Shown here piece after piece: positions 36,742 through 46,136 of a DNA stretch of 64,000 nucleotides; within the stretch, counting starts at the first letter, position 1, and every line of letters begins with the position of its first letter. The stretch comes from an uncultured Rhodanobacteraceae bacterium (GTDB lineage: Bacteria; Pseudomonadota; Gammaproteobacteria; Xanthomonadales; SZUA-5), in contig CALEZI010000117.1 in NCBI GenBank assembly GCA_937928755.1, forward strand, positions 21,541 through 85,540. The letters run 5' to 3'. The notes under the pieces are model-generated. The model was given only the letters and a program-made list of their open reading frames with translations, was not told the origin of the DNA and searched no databases. The translations under genes were made by a program, and so were the position numbers.

Positions 36742-38087
36742 GGCGTCACCGCCTGCAGCGACGGCGCCACGGCGGGCTGGTCATGACCTTGCATCGCCTT
36801 GCGCATCAAGTGAAACAACACGCTGATGAAGGCCAGCAGCAGAACCGCGTACACCATCAGGTACAAGGCGAGGCTGATGCCGATCATCGACGCTGGCACG
36901 CTGGAAGCGGCGTCCGCGGTCGCCAGGGTGCCGTAGACCAGCCAAGGCTGGCGCCCGATCTCGGTGACGTACCAACCGGCGAGCGTCGCCACCCAACCGG
37001 AAAAGGTCATCGCCACCAGCGCGTGCGCCAACCACGGTCGCGGCTCGCGACCCCGGCGCAACTGCCAGGTCGCAAGCCAGCTCAGCGCCAGCATCAACAT
37101 GCCGATACCGACCATCAGGCGAAAGCCGAAGAACAGCGGAGCCACCGGCGGATGATGTTCGAAATCGTTCAGCCCGCGCACCACCCCATCGGCATCGTGG
37201 GTCAGGATCAAGCTGGCCAGCTTCGGCACGGCGATCTCGAAATGGTTGCTGCGCGTCGCTTCGTCCGGCCACGCGAACAAACGCAGCGCAGCGCCCTGCT
37301 CCGTTTCCCAGATGCCTTCCATCGCCGCCACCTTGGCCGGCTGGTGCTCGAGCGTATTCAAGCCATGCAGATCGCCGGCGAGGATCTGCAAGGGAATCAG
37401 CAGCGCCGCGAGACGCACGCCGGTACCCAGCGTAACGCGCACTTCTTCGCCGCGATCGCCCTTCAGCCAGCGCCATGCCGACAAGCCCGCGATGAGAAAC
37501 GCCACGGTCAGGCCCGATGCCAGCAGCATGTGCGTCAGGCGGTACGGCATTGACGGATTGAACACGATGGCCAGCCAGTCGGTAGGGTGCGCCTGACCCG
37601 CGATCATTTCGAAGCCAACCGGCGTGTGCATCCACGAATTCAGCACCAGGATCCAGAACGCCGACAAGGTGGTGCCGAACGCGACCAGAAAGGTCGCCAG
37701 CGTGTGCACGCGGTCGGACACCCGGTTCTGGCCATACAGCATGATTCCGAGAAACGCCGCTTCGAGGAAAAAAGCAGTCAGCACTTCGTAGCCCAGCAAC
37801 GGCCCGGCAATGTTGCCGACGCTTTCCATGAAACCCGGCCAGTTGGTGCCGAACTGGAAGCTCATGGTGATGCCGCTGACCACGCCGAGCGCGAATGCCA
37901 GCGCAAACACCTTGACCCAGGTGCGATAGGCCGCCTGCCATTTGGGATCGCCGCTGCGGCGCCAGCGCAACTTGAAGTACAGCAACACCCAGCCAAGCGC
38001 GATGGTGATGGTCGGAAACAGGATGTGGAAGCTGATGTTCGCGGCAAACTGGATGCGCGCGAGGATCAGTGAGTCGATGCTGTCCAT
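36738..38087 (-). CDS. cydA: cytochrome bd-type quinol oxidase subunit I (short Q-loop, CioA-like length)
   Basis: LARIQFA..ISFHILFP..TIALG, GNIAGPLLGYEVLTAFFLEA and EIGRQPW. At 449 aa it resembles the cyanide-insensitive CioA form. Confidence 0.9.
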   Translation of the reverse strand: MDSIDSLILARIQFAANISFHILFPTITIALGWVLLYFKLRWRRSGDPKWQAAYRTWVKVFALAFALGVVSGITMSFQFGTNWPGFMESVGNIAGPLLGYEVLTAFFLEAAFLGIMLYGQNRVSDRVHTLATFLVAFGTTLSAFWILVLNSWMHTPVGFEMIAGQAHPTDWLAIVFNPSMPYRLTHMLLASGLTVAFLIAGLSAWRWLKGDRGEEVRVTLGTGVRLAALLIPLQILAGDLHGLNTLEHQPAKVAAMEGIWETEQGAALRLFAWPDEATRSNHFEIAVPKLASLILTHDADGVVRGLNDFEHHPPVAPLFFGFRLMVGIGMLMLALSWLATWQLRRGREPRPWLAHALVAMTFSGWVATLAGWYVTEIGRQPWLVYGTLATADAASSVPASMIGISLALYLMVYAVLLLAFISVLFHLMRKAMQGHDQPAVAPSLQAVTP

Positions 38088-38200
38088 GTTCCGGTTCTTC
38101 TCCTCACAATCATCCGACGGGACGAAGCTCTTGAGGGAGCGACGTGCACGTCGCGACCGATCGCCCGCCGGGGGCCGTGGTCGCGACGTTCACGTCGGTC

Positions 38201-38800
38201 CTACAAAATCGAGCTGTTCTTTGCGATTTGCCGATTGTCCAGCGTCGTGTCGGGTACCCTGCCCCCGAACACTCGCTCCTTCATCTCCAGCAACTTGACC
38301 ACCTTGCCGCCGAGCGCCATCAGCGACTGCAGGGTTTCCGGTGACAGCTTGCGTACCTCGGCGAACCAGTCGGTGATCTGCTCGATCAACTCGTGCATGC
38401 GCCGCATGCGCTCCTGCGCGTAGACGTCCTCCGGGGAACCGGCCGTCTCCAGCAAGGCATCGCGCAGCATCGACAGCGTTGGATCGACCTCGCGCCGCTG
38501 GCGTTCCTCGGCGAGCGTGCGGAAGATCTGCCACACATCCTCGGGCGCGCTGAAAAAGTCGCGACGATCGCTCGGCCGATGTTCCAGCTTGACCAGACGC
38601 CAGGATTGCAGCTCTTTCAAGCCCATGCTGACGTTGGAGCGCGACACGCCGAGGCGCTCGACGATGTCGTCGGCGGTCAGCGCATCGCGACTGATGTAGA
38701 GCACGGCGTAGATCTGCCCAACCGTTCGATTGATTCCCCAACGGCTGCCCATCTCACCGAAGTGCAGCACAAAGGACTGGCTCAGCGGATGCAGGTTCAT
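38201..38800 (-). CDS. GbsR/MarR-type winged-helix transcriptional regulator
   Basis: GINRTVGQIYAVLYIS...LTADDIVERLGVSRSNVSMGLKELQSWRLV matches the GbsR-family wHTH as I recall it. It is co-directional with and upstream of cydAB. Confidence 0.7.
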   Translation of the reverse strand: MNLHPLSQSFVLHFGEMGSRWGINRTVGQIYAVLYISRDALTADDIVERLGVSRSNVSMGLKELQSWRLVKLEHRPSDRRDFFSAPEDVWQIFRTLAEERQRREVDPTLSMLRDALLETAGSPEDVYAQERMRRMHELIEQITDWFAEVRKLSPETLQSLMALGGKVVKLLEMKERVFGGRVPDTTLDNRQIAKNSSIL

Positions 38801-38813
38801 ACCTTTCCCGTAA

Positions 38814-38831
38814 TTTCAGTAATTACTGAAA
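38814..38831. promoter_or_regulatory. perfect 18-bp palindrome TTTCAGTAATTACTGAAA, candidate operator
   Basis: It lies 13 nt upstream of the regulator's ATG (38800) in an AT-rich patch, which is a typical autoregulatory operator position. Confidence 0.5.
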
Positions 38832-38840
38832 CTTCGGAAT

Positions 38841-38859
38841 GAATAATGCGAATCATTGC
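38841..38859. promoter_or_regulatory. Fur-box-like sequence GAATAATGCGAATCATTGC
   Basis: About 13 of 18 positions match the GATAATGATAATCATTATC consensus by eye. It lies upstream of the palindrome in the regulator-cydAB promoter region. Confidence 0.3.
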
Positions 38860-38945
38860 GTGAACGGTTCGTGGATGACCTTCGCGACTCACGTCTTCGA
38901 CGTGCGTGCCGCAGATCGAACTATCCGGCAGTTTGGTGAGCCGTT

Positions 38946-39080
38946 TTCTTGTCCGCCAAGGACGTAAAGAACGCAAAGGAAGTCAAGGGCTTGCTCGGAG
39001 ATGCCGGCCAGTTGGCACTTGCTGACAACCGTTGTCTTTCTGCTCTCCTTTGCGTCCTTTGCGTCCTTTGCGGACCAAAG
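38946..39080. repeat. family-A k-mer-arm hairpin element
   Basis: GTCCGCCAAGGACGTAAAGAACGCAAAGGAAGTCAAGGG ... CTCCTTTGCGTCCTTTGCGTCCTTTGCGGAC, with a loop of about 50 nt. Confidence 0.85.
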
Positions 39081-39090
39081 CCTTTGACCC

Positions 39091-39774
39091 CTACCCGCCC
39101 GCCCAGCGCCGAAGCAGGTTGTGGTAAGTGCCCGTCAGAGCCACGACGCGTGAGTCGTCACCCGGCAAGTCGAGGCGCAATTGCTGGATGGTCTGGTCGA
39201 GGTCGAAAAGCAGCGCGCGTTCACCCGGATCGCGGACCAGGCTCTGGATCCAGAAGAAGGCAGCGTTGCGCGCGCCGCGGATCACCGGCGTAACCCGGTG
39301 CAGACTCGACGACGGATACAGCACCATCGACCCGGCCGACAACTTGACCGCCTGCGCACCGAAATCGGTCTCGATGGTCAGTTCGCCGCCGTCGTACTCG
39401 TCAGGTTCGCTGAGGAACACGGTTGCCGACACGTCGGTGCGCAGCAACTCGGGATCGTCGCCGTAGCGCATCAGCGAGCCATCGACATGGATGCCGAAAT
39501 GTCCGCCGTCGCGATAGCGGTTGAACCGCGGCGGATAGATCCGGTGCGGCAGCGCTGCGGAAATCACCCGCGGATGGGAATTCACCGCGCGCAGCAGCTG
39601 CGCACGCAGCGCGCGGCCGGTCGGACAGGCGTCGTCGACCTGTTCATTGGACTTGACCAGGCCGGACAGGCTGCCGGAGGTCACGCGTCCATCGATCCAG
39701 TCGGCATTGGTGAGGTGCTGGCGAAAATGGGCGACCGCCTCGGCGTCCAGCAGGTCGTCGATGATGATCAGCAT
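39091..39774 (-). CDS. piuC: Fe(II)/2-oxoglutarate-dependent PKHD-type hydroxylase (PiuC/YbiX family)
   Basis: N-terminal [12 protein letters not shown].....L....W.DG..T.G matches YbiX/PiuC. The HVD...H iron triad is present (FGIHVDG..., [10 protein letters not shown]). It lies downstream of a TonB-dependent receptor, as in fiu-ybiX and piuA-piuC. Confidence 0.85.
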   Translation of the reverse strand: MLIIIDDLLDAEAVAHFRQHLTNADWIDGRVTSGSLSGLVKSNEQVDDACPTGRALRAQLLRAVNSHPRVISAALPHRIYPPRFNRYRDGGHFGIHVDGSLMRYGDDPELLRTDVSATVFLSEPDEYDGGELTIETDFGAQAVKLSAGSMVLYPSSSLHRVTPVIRGARNAAFFWIQSLVRDPGERALLFDLDQTIQQLRLDLPGDDSRVVALTGTYHNLLRRWAGG

Positions 39775-39804
39775 GCGTGAACCCCCGCGTTCACCCGCTT
39801 CACT

Positions 39805-39875
39805 GTGGGAGCGGGTTCACCCCGCGATTTTTGCGTAAACCTGGCCAGAAGCTCGCGGGATGAACCCGCTCCCAC
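39805..39875. repeat. REP-type palindrome (GTGGGAGCGGGTTCACCCCGCGA variant)
   Basis: GTGGGAGCGGGTTCACCCCGCGA ... TCGCGGGATGAACCCGCTCCCAC, between the receptor stop and the piuC start. Confidence 0.75.
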
Positions 39876-39901
39876 AAGAGCAACCACAATCAACAGCCCG
39901 T

Positions 39902-42247
39902 TCAGAACTCCGCGCTGAAAGTGAGTTGCGCATTCCTTGCATCGCCGATGTAGGTGAACGAGCCGCTGCGGTAGGCCGCGAGATAGTAGTCGCGATCGAA
40001 CAGGTTGCCGACATTGAGCCTGGCCTTGAGCGTCTCGGTGAATTCGTAGTTGGCGAAAACGTCGACCGTGGTGTAACCGGGAATGCGGTAACTGTACTCG
40101 CCGGCGGCATTGAATCCGGCCGCGGTGTCGGGTTGGCCGGCATACATCTCGCTCGAATAGGTCACCGAGCTGCCCAGCGAGAACTTCGGCGTCGCCTGGT
40201 AGCGCAACTGGAGGAAGGCCTGGTCGTCGGCGAAGTTGCTGAGCACCTTGCCGACCTGATTGGCGACGAACGCCTCGAGAACCTCCGATTCCATCATCGT
40301 TGCCGAGAACTGCGCGCTCCACTTTTCCGTGAGATTGCCCGACAGGCCGAACTCGATGCCGCGCACGCGATTCTTGCCGGTGTTCAGCGTGCCCAACTGC
40401 GAGTAGGCGTCGCCGACGCTTTCCATGACGTCGTCCTTGGTGATCTGGAACACCGCCGCGGTCGCCAGAAGTTTCTCGCCCATCAGATTCCACTTGCTGC
40501 CAAGTTCGATGTTCTGCACGCGCTCCGGCTGGCTCAACACCACCTGATCCGGCGATCCGCACAACCCACCGTATCCGCAACTGCCGCCGACATCGGATTC
40601 CCCACCGTTGATGTCGCTGGCACTGGCCCACGCGAGATAGACATTGCCGACCTCGTTGATGCGCCAGGTGAGGCTGGCATTGCCGTTCCACAAATCGTCC
40701 GAATAGTCGTAGCGAGTGAGCGTTCCGGTGCCGCTGCGCAAGGTGTTCTGGTAGTCGAAGTCGTCCCAGCGCACGCCGATGCTCGCGCTCAGACGGTCGC
40801 TGATGTCGAAGCTGTCCATTGCGTAGAACGACCAGGTCTCGATGCGATAGTCGGAATCGAAGTTGCCGCGCACGATGTCTCGCTGCAGCAGCGAGCCTAT
40901 GTTGGGGACCACTGCGCCACTGCCATCGAGCAAACAGAAGTTCGGGCTGCCACCACCCCCGCCGGTCAGACAATTGCGCGCGCCATTGTTGACGACCGAG
41001 TAGACGCCGTTGAGTACGTCCAGATCCGAGTACTCGGCGCCGAATACGAGGCTGTGGTTGCGCCCGGCAAACACCGCGTCCTTGATGAGATTCAACTGGT
41101 CGACGAAATAGTCGACCTCCTGCCAACCCTGATGCGTCGACAGGGTCACCGTCGGCACCGCGCCAGCGGGATCATTGGCATTACGCGTGCCGCCGCGCGC
41201 ACCGGTCAGCACGTAGCCGTTCTCGGTCGAACCAAAGCGCGCGGCATTCTCGACGCGCCAGCCGTCGTTGCCCTCGAACTCGGTGCGTAACGTGGCAATG
41301 TTGACCGTCGACTCGAGGAAATCTTCCTTCTGCTGGTACACCGGCAGGTCGTCGACCGGATTCCCGCCGTTGGCTTCGATGTAGGTGCCGAGATCGGCGC
41401 TGCCGTCGGCATCGAGGAAATAGTAGTCGGCGGTCAGTGCGAGGCGGTCTGTCGGTCGCCACAGGTACGACAGTGCCGCGCCGTCGCGCTGGCGCTCGGC
41501 TGGCGCACGATCGGGGACTTCTTCGTCGGCGTGCAACAGATTGGCGCGCAGCGCGGCACGCTCGCCCAACGAAAGGTTGCTGTCGAGTGCAACCCGCACA
41601 TGATTGTCCGTGCCAAGGCCGACATCCACGCGGTTGAAGCTGTAGTCGCTGCTGGCGCGCTTGCTGATGCTGTTGATGATGCCGCCCGACGATCCACGCC
41701 CGGCAAAGCTCGATGACGGACCCTTGGTGATCTCCACCTGTTCGACGGCAAAACTCTCGCGCGTGGTCATTCCGGGGTCGCGCAGGCTGTCGATGAACAC
41801 GTCCGAGCGCGCCTCCTGACCACGAATCACGTAGCGGTCGCCGAAGGCATTGCCGTTCTCGCCGGTACCGATGGTGATTCCCGGCTGGCCACCGACGATC
41901 GCGCGCAGATCGGTTCGCCCGGACTCGCGGATCTGCGTTTGCGTCAACACGCTGATGGTGGCCGGAGTTTCGGCCAGCGTTTCGGTGCGCCGACGGTCTC
42001 CGGAAACACGCGCCTTGTAAGGCGCGCCCTTCTCTGCGTACGGGTTGGTGTCGAGCGTGCGGTCCTCGATCTGCAGCGTGTCGAGCACCAATTCTTCTTC
42101 GCCCTCCGACGGCGTCTGTTGCGCAGCGACAGCGCCGGCCAGCGACAGCGACACGCCGAGCGCCAGGGCGCCGCGAACGACCGGTGTGCGCAGGGACAGC
42201 GGGCGCCGGAGGTTGGTCGTTACGGGTACTTCAGTCAGGACGGGCAT
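39902..42247 (-). CDS. TonB-dependent outer-membrane receptor (catecholate-siderophore Fiu/PiuA-like)
   Basis: Signal peptide, TonB box/plug (LDTLQIED...), and a long beta-barrel ending in the canonical ...AQLTFSAEF terminal Phe. Confidence 0.9.
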   Translation of the reverse strand: MPVLTEVPVTTNLRRPLSLRTPVVRGALALGVSLSLAGAVAAQQTPSEGEEELVLDTLQIEDRTLDTNPYAEKGAPYKARVSGDRRRTETLAETPATISVLTQTQIRESGRTDLRAIVGGQPGITIGTGENGNAFGDRYVIRGQEARSDVFIDSLRDPGMTTRESFAVEQVEITKGPSSSFAGRGSSGGIINSISKRASSDYSFNRVDVGLGTDNHVRVALDSNLSLGERAALRANLLHADEEVPDRAPAERQRDGAALSYLWRPTDRLALTADYYFLDADGSADLGTYIEANGGNPVDDLPVYQQKEDFLESTVNIATLRTEFEGNDGWRVENAARFGSTENGYVLTGARGGTRNANDPAGAVPTVTLSTHQGWQEVDYFVDQLNLIKDAVFAGRNHSLVFGAEYSDLDVLNGVYSVVNNGARNCLTGGGGGSPNFCLLDGSGAVVPNIGSLLQRDIVRGNFDSDYRIETWSFYAMDSFDISDRLSASIGVRWDDFDYQNTLRSGTGTLTRYDYSDDLWNGNASLTWRINEVGNVYLAWASASDINGGESDVGGSCGYGGLCGSPDQVVLSQPERVQNIELGSKWNLMGEKLLATAAVFQITKDDVMESVGDAYSQLGTLNTGKNRVRGIEFGLSGNLTEKWSAQFSATMMESEVLEAFVANQVGKVLSNFADDQAFLQLRYQATPKFSLGSSVTYSSEMYAGQPDTAAGFNAAGEYSYRIPGYTTVDVFANYEFTETLKARLNVGNLFDRDYYLAAYRSGSFTYIGDARNAQLTFSAEF

Positions 42248-42259
42248 GCAGGCTCCGGG

Positions 42260-43084
42260 TCAACGGGTAATCAGCGAGTACTCGATCGGCACGGTGACCG
42301 TCAGGCGGTCGACACCGAGCGAGTCGGGGATGGGGGGCAGCGGATCGGCACTGCGCAGGACCTGCAACGCCGCTGTTTCGAGGATTTCGAAGCCGGCGCC
42401 GCGAGCGATGCTGGCCGCCAGCACGTGCCCTTCGCGATTGAGCGAGAAGCGCACATGCACGGTGCCGCGCGCACGCTGTTTGCGCGCCTCCGGCGGATAG
42501 CTGCGGTGCTGCAGCAGCGCTGCCATCAGCGCGCGCATGTAGGCGGCGCGATCGCTGCGAATCTGCTCCGTAGCACCATGCACCGATTGTTCTGCGACTG
42601 CAGCTTTGTCCTCGGTGCTTGCTTGCGGCGACGTCGTCGCCGGCGGCAACACAGTTTGTAGTGAAACTGGCGCCGGCAATTCGGTCGCCACGACTACCGC
42701 GGCCGGTGGCGTCCTCGCTGGCGCCTTCACGAGCGATGGAACCCGCAGGCGCTCGGGCAGCGGCATCGGCGGCAATGGCGGCGGCTGCGGCGGACTGGGC
42801 AACGGATCCAGTTCAACGAACAGCGTCATTCGATCGACATCGCGAAGCGCTGTTGCCTGTGCGTGGGGCTGCCGCCACGGCGCTGCGTTGTCGTCCGGCA
42901 GCGCCAACACTCCGACGCCGACGATGTGCCCGGTGAAAACCACAGCCAGCGATGCAACCCGCCACCCGTCGAGCCCTCCTGCGCGACTGGGCGTGAGCCA
43001 ACGCGACCGTGATCGCGACCGGTACGGCGCGGCAGCGTCTGCGGTCGCGATTGCCGCGTCTGAAAGGTCGGGTGCGGTCAGCAT
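42260..43084 (-). CDS. tonB: TonB-family energy transducer
   Basis: A Pro-rich spacer (PPQPPPLPPMPLPE) and a C-terminal TonB domain (YPPEARKQRARGTVHVRFSLNREG.V......G.GFE.L..AA...L). I chose the ATG at 43084. The track start at 43108 is a TTG. Confidence 0.75.
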   Translation of the reverse strand: MLTAPDLSDAAIATADAAAPYRSRSRSRWLTPSRAGGLDGWRVASLAVVFTGHIVGVGVLALPDDNAAPWRQPHAQATALRDVDRMTLFVELDPLPSPPQPPPLPPMPLPERLRVPSLVKAPARTPPAAVVVATELPAPVSLQTVLPPATTSPQASTEDKAAVAEQSVHGATEQIRSDRAAYMRALMAALLQHRSYPPEARKQRARGTVHVRFSLNREGHVLAASIARGAGFEILETAALQVLRSADPLPPIPDSLGVDRLTVTVPIEYSLITR

Positions 43085-43110
43085 GCTCAGGATTAAATCA
43101 CAAGACAAAG

Positions 43111-43129
43111 CTAAATGCTAATGATTCGT
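43111..43129. promoter_or_regulatory. weak Fur-box-like sequence CTAAATGCTAATGATTCGT
   Basis: It sits in an AT-rich patch 27-45 nt upstream of the tonB ATG. About 11 of 19 positions match the Fur consensus by eye, and the position fits an iron-uptake operon. Confidence 0.3.
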
Positions 43130-43240
43130 ACTTCACTTATTTGCACAAAATGAATGCCCTCCTTGCTCAAAGGGCTACGTGCCGGGCCTGCAGTGCGTCG
43201 GGCGACGCCTCAACCGGAAGCCCACCTGCGTCGTGGCGAC

Positions 43241-43594
43241 TCAGGCCTCCAGAAGGATGTCGAAGCCGCCAAAGATCATGCGCTTGCCATCGAACGGCAT
43301 GCTCGTCCCAAAGTTCTGCATGCGCGGGTCCTCGTGCGCGTGCTGCATGCCCGCGTCGCGGGTCGCCTTGTCCGGCCAGCGCACCCACGAAAACACCACG
43401 ACCTCGCCCTCTTCGAGTTTCACGGCCAGCGGAAAGGACGTCAGCTTGCCTTCGGGCACGTCCTCGCCCCAACACTCCACCACCTGCAGCGCGCCGTGGT
43501 CCTTGAAAACCTCGGCCGCCAGTTCTGCCAGCTTGAGGTATTGATCGCGATTGGCCGCGGGAACTGCCAGCACGTATCCGTCTACATAAGCCAT
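43241..43594 (-). CDS. DUF1428 family protein
   Basis: MAYVDGYVLAVP..N...Y..LA...A.VFK.HGAL..VE.WG.DVP.G..T.F ... FDGKRMI.GGF matches DUF1428/YbaA-like proteins as I recall them. Confidence 0.7.
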   Translation of the reverse strand: MAYVDGYVLAVPAANRDQYLKLAELAAEVFKDHGALQVVECWGEDVPEGKLTSFPLAVKLEEGEVVVFSWVRWPDKATRDAGMQHAHEDPRMQNFGTSMPFDGKRMIFGGFDILLEA

Positions 43595-43892
43595 GCGTTA
43601 ATCCTCCGGGTTGGTCCGGGTGGGAACCTGGGTGACACCCGCGCGGCAGCAGGCTTTGCGGCCGCGACGGCAAATTGGCGTTGAAACAATGACGGTTTCC
43701 CACGCTGCACGCCACTGTTGAGGCCTCACGAGCTTGCCTGCCGCGTCAATCGCGGCATGGAACCGCTGGTCTGCGCACTTTGCATTCGATGTTCGCCCCG
43801 GGTCTGGACCCGCGCAGGAAGCGTGTGGAGGCTCACTGCGTTCAGCCCTGGTCTGGTGTAACTTGCGTCGATCCGAGCGGGGAGACCTCCTG

Positions 43893-45980
43893 ATGCGTTT
43901 CTTGTCCATACCTTTGATTGCTCTCGCGCTTTGTTGCGGGATGGCGCTGTCCGTCGCGGCGCAATCGGAGCGCGACCCGGAGCCGGAACAGCCCGCCGTC
44001 GAAGCGCTGGAGATGGTTGAGGCTCCGATCACGGATACGCCGCTGCCGCTCGATGCAGCGGCAGTAGCGGCGCCGCCGACCGCCGACGCGACCACCAGTG
44101 CTGCATTCGACGGCATGGCCGCGGCGATTCCGGACGAGACCGCCCTCGCCGAAATCAGCGACCAGCGCGAGTTGCAGGCCTACATCGATGGTCTGGTCGC
44201 GAGCCTGCAGCGCGAGCACGGGCTCTCCGCCCTGACCTTGTCGGTGGTCAAGGACGATGCGCTGTGGATTGCCCGCGGCTATGGACAGGCGGATCTGGGC
44301 AGCAAACGTCCGGTGGTCGCCGACACCACCCTGTTCCGCATCGGCTCGGTCTCCAAGACCTTCATCTGGACCGCGGTGATGATGCTGGTGGAACGCGGCC
44401 AGATCGACCTCGATGCAGACGTCAACAGCTACCTGAAAACCGTGCGCATCGCAGACGCTTTCGGCGTACCGGTGACCATGCGCCAATTGATGCATCACCG
44501 CGCTGGTTTCGAGGACAGCATGCGGCTCTTTGCAGTGAGCGACGATGATCCGCGCGCGCTGGCCGACCTGCTGACGGAGCAACAGCCAAAGCGCGTTTAC
44601 GCGCCAGGTCTGCGCACGTCCTACTCCAACTGGGGATCGGCCCTGGCAGCGCAGATCGTCGCCGATGTCAGCGGCAAGCCTTATGGCGAGTACCTGCGCG
44701 GCGAAATCCTCGATCCGCTTGGCATGCATGCCACCAATTTCCTCGCACCGTCGAAGCTGGATGAAGCGCAACGCGCCAACCTGGCCGGCGGCTACAAGAA
44801 CGGCAAGGGCGCCCTTGCCGCACAGGGCTACATGCAAATCGGCGCCTACTGGCCAGCCGGCGGAATCGCCTCGACGGCCACCGAGATGGCGCGCTGGATG
44901 CGTTTTCACCTCAACGGCGGCGAACTCGAAGGCGTGCGCCTGATGCGCGCCGAGACCCACGCGCAAATGTGGACACGCGCATATGACGACCGCCCGGGCG
45001 CACCCGACCTCGCGCATGGATTCCAGGACCGAAGTTATCGTGGTCTGCGCGTGCTCGGCCACGGCGGCGCCACCGCAGCGTTCTACACCAACATGGTGCT
45101 GGTACCGGAGCTTGGCCTCGGTGTGTTCGTGTCGCAGAACAGCCGGCAGACACGGTTGCCGGTGAACCAGCTCCCCGACCAGATCATCGACCATCTCCAC
45201 GGTTTAGCCTATCAGGCAGCCTTGGAAGTGGGATCGACCGAGCCCGGAACGCTCGCCGAGCTGGCGGGCAGCTATCTGCAGAATCGCCGGGTGTTTTCCA
45301 GTTTCGCGGCGGTGTTGGGACTGAATTCGGTTGGCGCGGTCGCGCCACTCTCGCCCGACGCGCTGCTGGTGACGCTGAACGACCAGACCAGGCAATACCA
45401 ACGCGTCGACCAGCAGCGCGACCTGTTCGAAGCCGCCGATGGCAGCCGCATCGGCTTCGTGCGCGAGGGTGGGCGCGTGGTCGCGCTGGCCGACAGCAGC
45501 GGCGTACATACGCTGGAAAAGGTCAATCTGCTCAGCGCGCCGAGCACTGCGCTCGGTGCCGGCGGCGCTGCAGTGTTGCTGGCGCTGACCAGCCTGCTCG
45601 GATTCTGGTGGCGACTCGGTCGCGGCGCCGCATACGGCAAGGGTTACGCCGCCGGCTTCGCGGCGTTCGTGACTCTGATCAGTTCACTGTGCGTGCTCGG
45701 CTTCGCCGTGGCTGCGGGTTTGATGGTGATGGAGCTTTCGAAACTCGACCTGTCGACGATGGCCGGCAACTACCCGACGCCGATGATGCTGTACACCAGC
45801 TACGGCGGCTGGGCCGTGGCCGGTGCGGCGGGCGCCATGCTGATCGCACTGATCCCGGCATGGGTCGCGACCGGCTGGGGCCTGTGGCGACGTCTGCACT
45901 ACAGCGTCTTTACGCTGACGCTGGCGCTCGCTGCATTCCTGCTTTGGCAGTGGCGGGTGTTCGGCGCGCCCGTGTACTGA
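43893..45980 (+). CDS. beta-lactamase-fold serine hydrolase with C-terminal multi-TM anchor
   Basis: Signal peptide MRFLSIPLIALALCCGMALSVAAQ and the SxxK motif FRIGSVSKTF. There are about 4 predicted TM helices in the last ~170 aa. Confidence 0.75.
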   Translation: MRFLSIPLIALALCCGMALSVAAQSERDPEPEQPAVEALEMVEAPITDTPLPLDAAAVAAPPTADATTSAAFDGMAAAIPDETALAEISDQRELQAYIDGLVASLQREHGLSALTLSVVKDDALWIARGYGQADLGSKRPVVADTTLFRIGSVSKTFIWTAVMMLVERGQIDLDADVNSYLKTVRIADAFGVPVTMRQLMHHRAGFEDSMRLFAVSDDDPRALADLLTEQQPKRVYAPGLRTSYSNWGSALAAQIVADVSGKPYGEYLRGEILDPLGMHATNFLAPSKLDEAQRANLAGGYKNGKGALAAQGYMQIGAYWPAGGIASTATEMARWMRFHLNGGELEGVRLMRAETHAQMWTRAYDDRPGAPDLAHGFQDRSYRGLRVLGHGGATAAFYTNMVLVPELGLGVFVSQNSRQTRLPVNQLPDQIIDHLHGLAYQAALEVGSTEPGTLAELAGSYLQNRRVFSSFAAVLGLNSVGAVAPLSPDALLVTLNDQTRQYQRVDQQRDLFEAADGSRIGFVREGGRVVALADSSGVHTLEKVNLLSAPSTALGAGGAAVLLALTSLLGFWWRLGRGAAYGKGYAAGFAAFVTLISSLCVLGFAVAAGLMVMELSKLDLSTMAGNYPTPMMLYTSYGGWAVAGAAGAMLIALIPAWVATGWGLWRRLHYSVFTLTLALAAFLLWQWRVFGAPVY

Positions 45981-46136
45981 GCGCCGGGCGCCCGACGGCG
46001 CCCGCAACCGCCGACGGTGTCTGCTTTAGCTGCCGAACTGCTCAGGTGCCGGCAATCGCCTTTGCGCGGTCGCCGCACCGACCTTCGAGCACTCTCCATC
46101 CTAACTGCACATTCGGGCAGTAGGCTGTGTCGCAGG

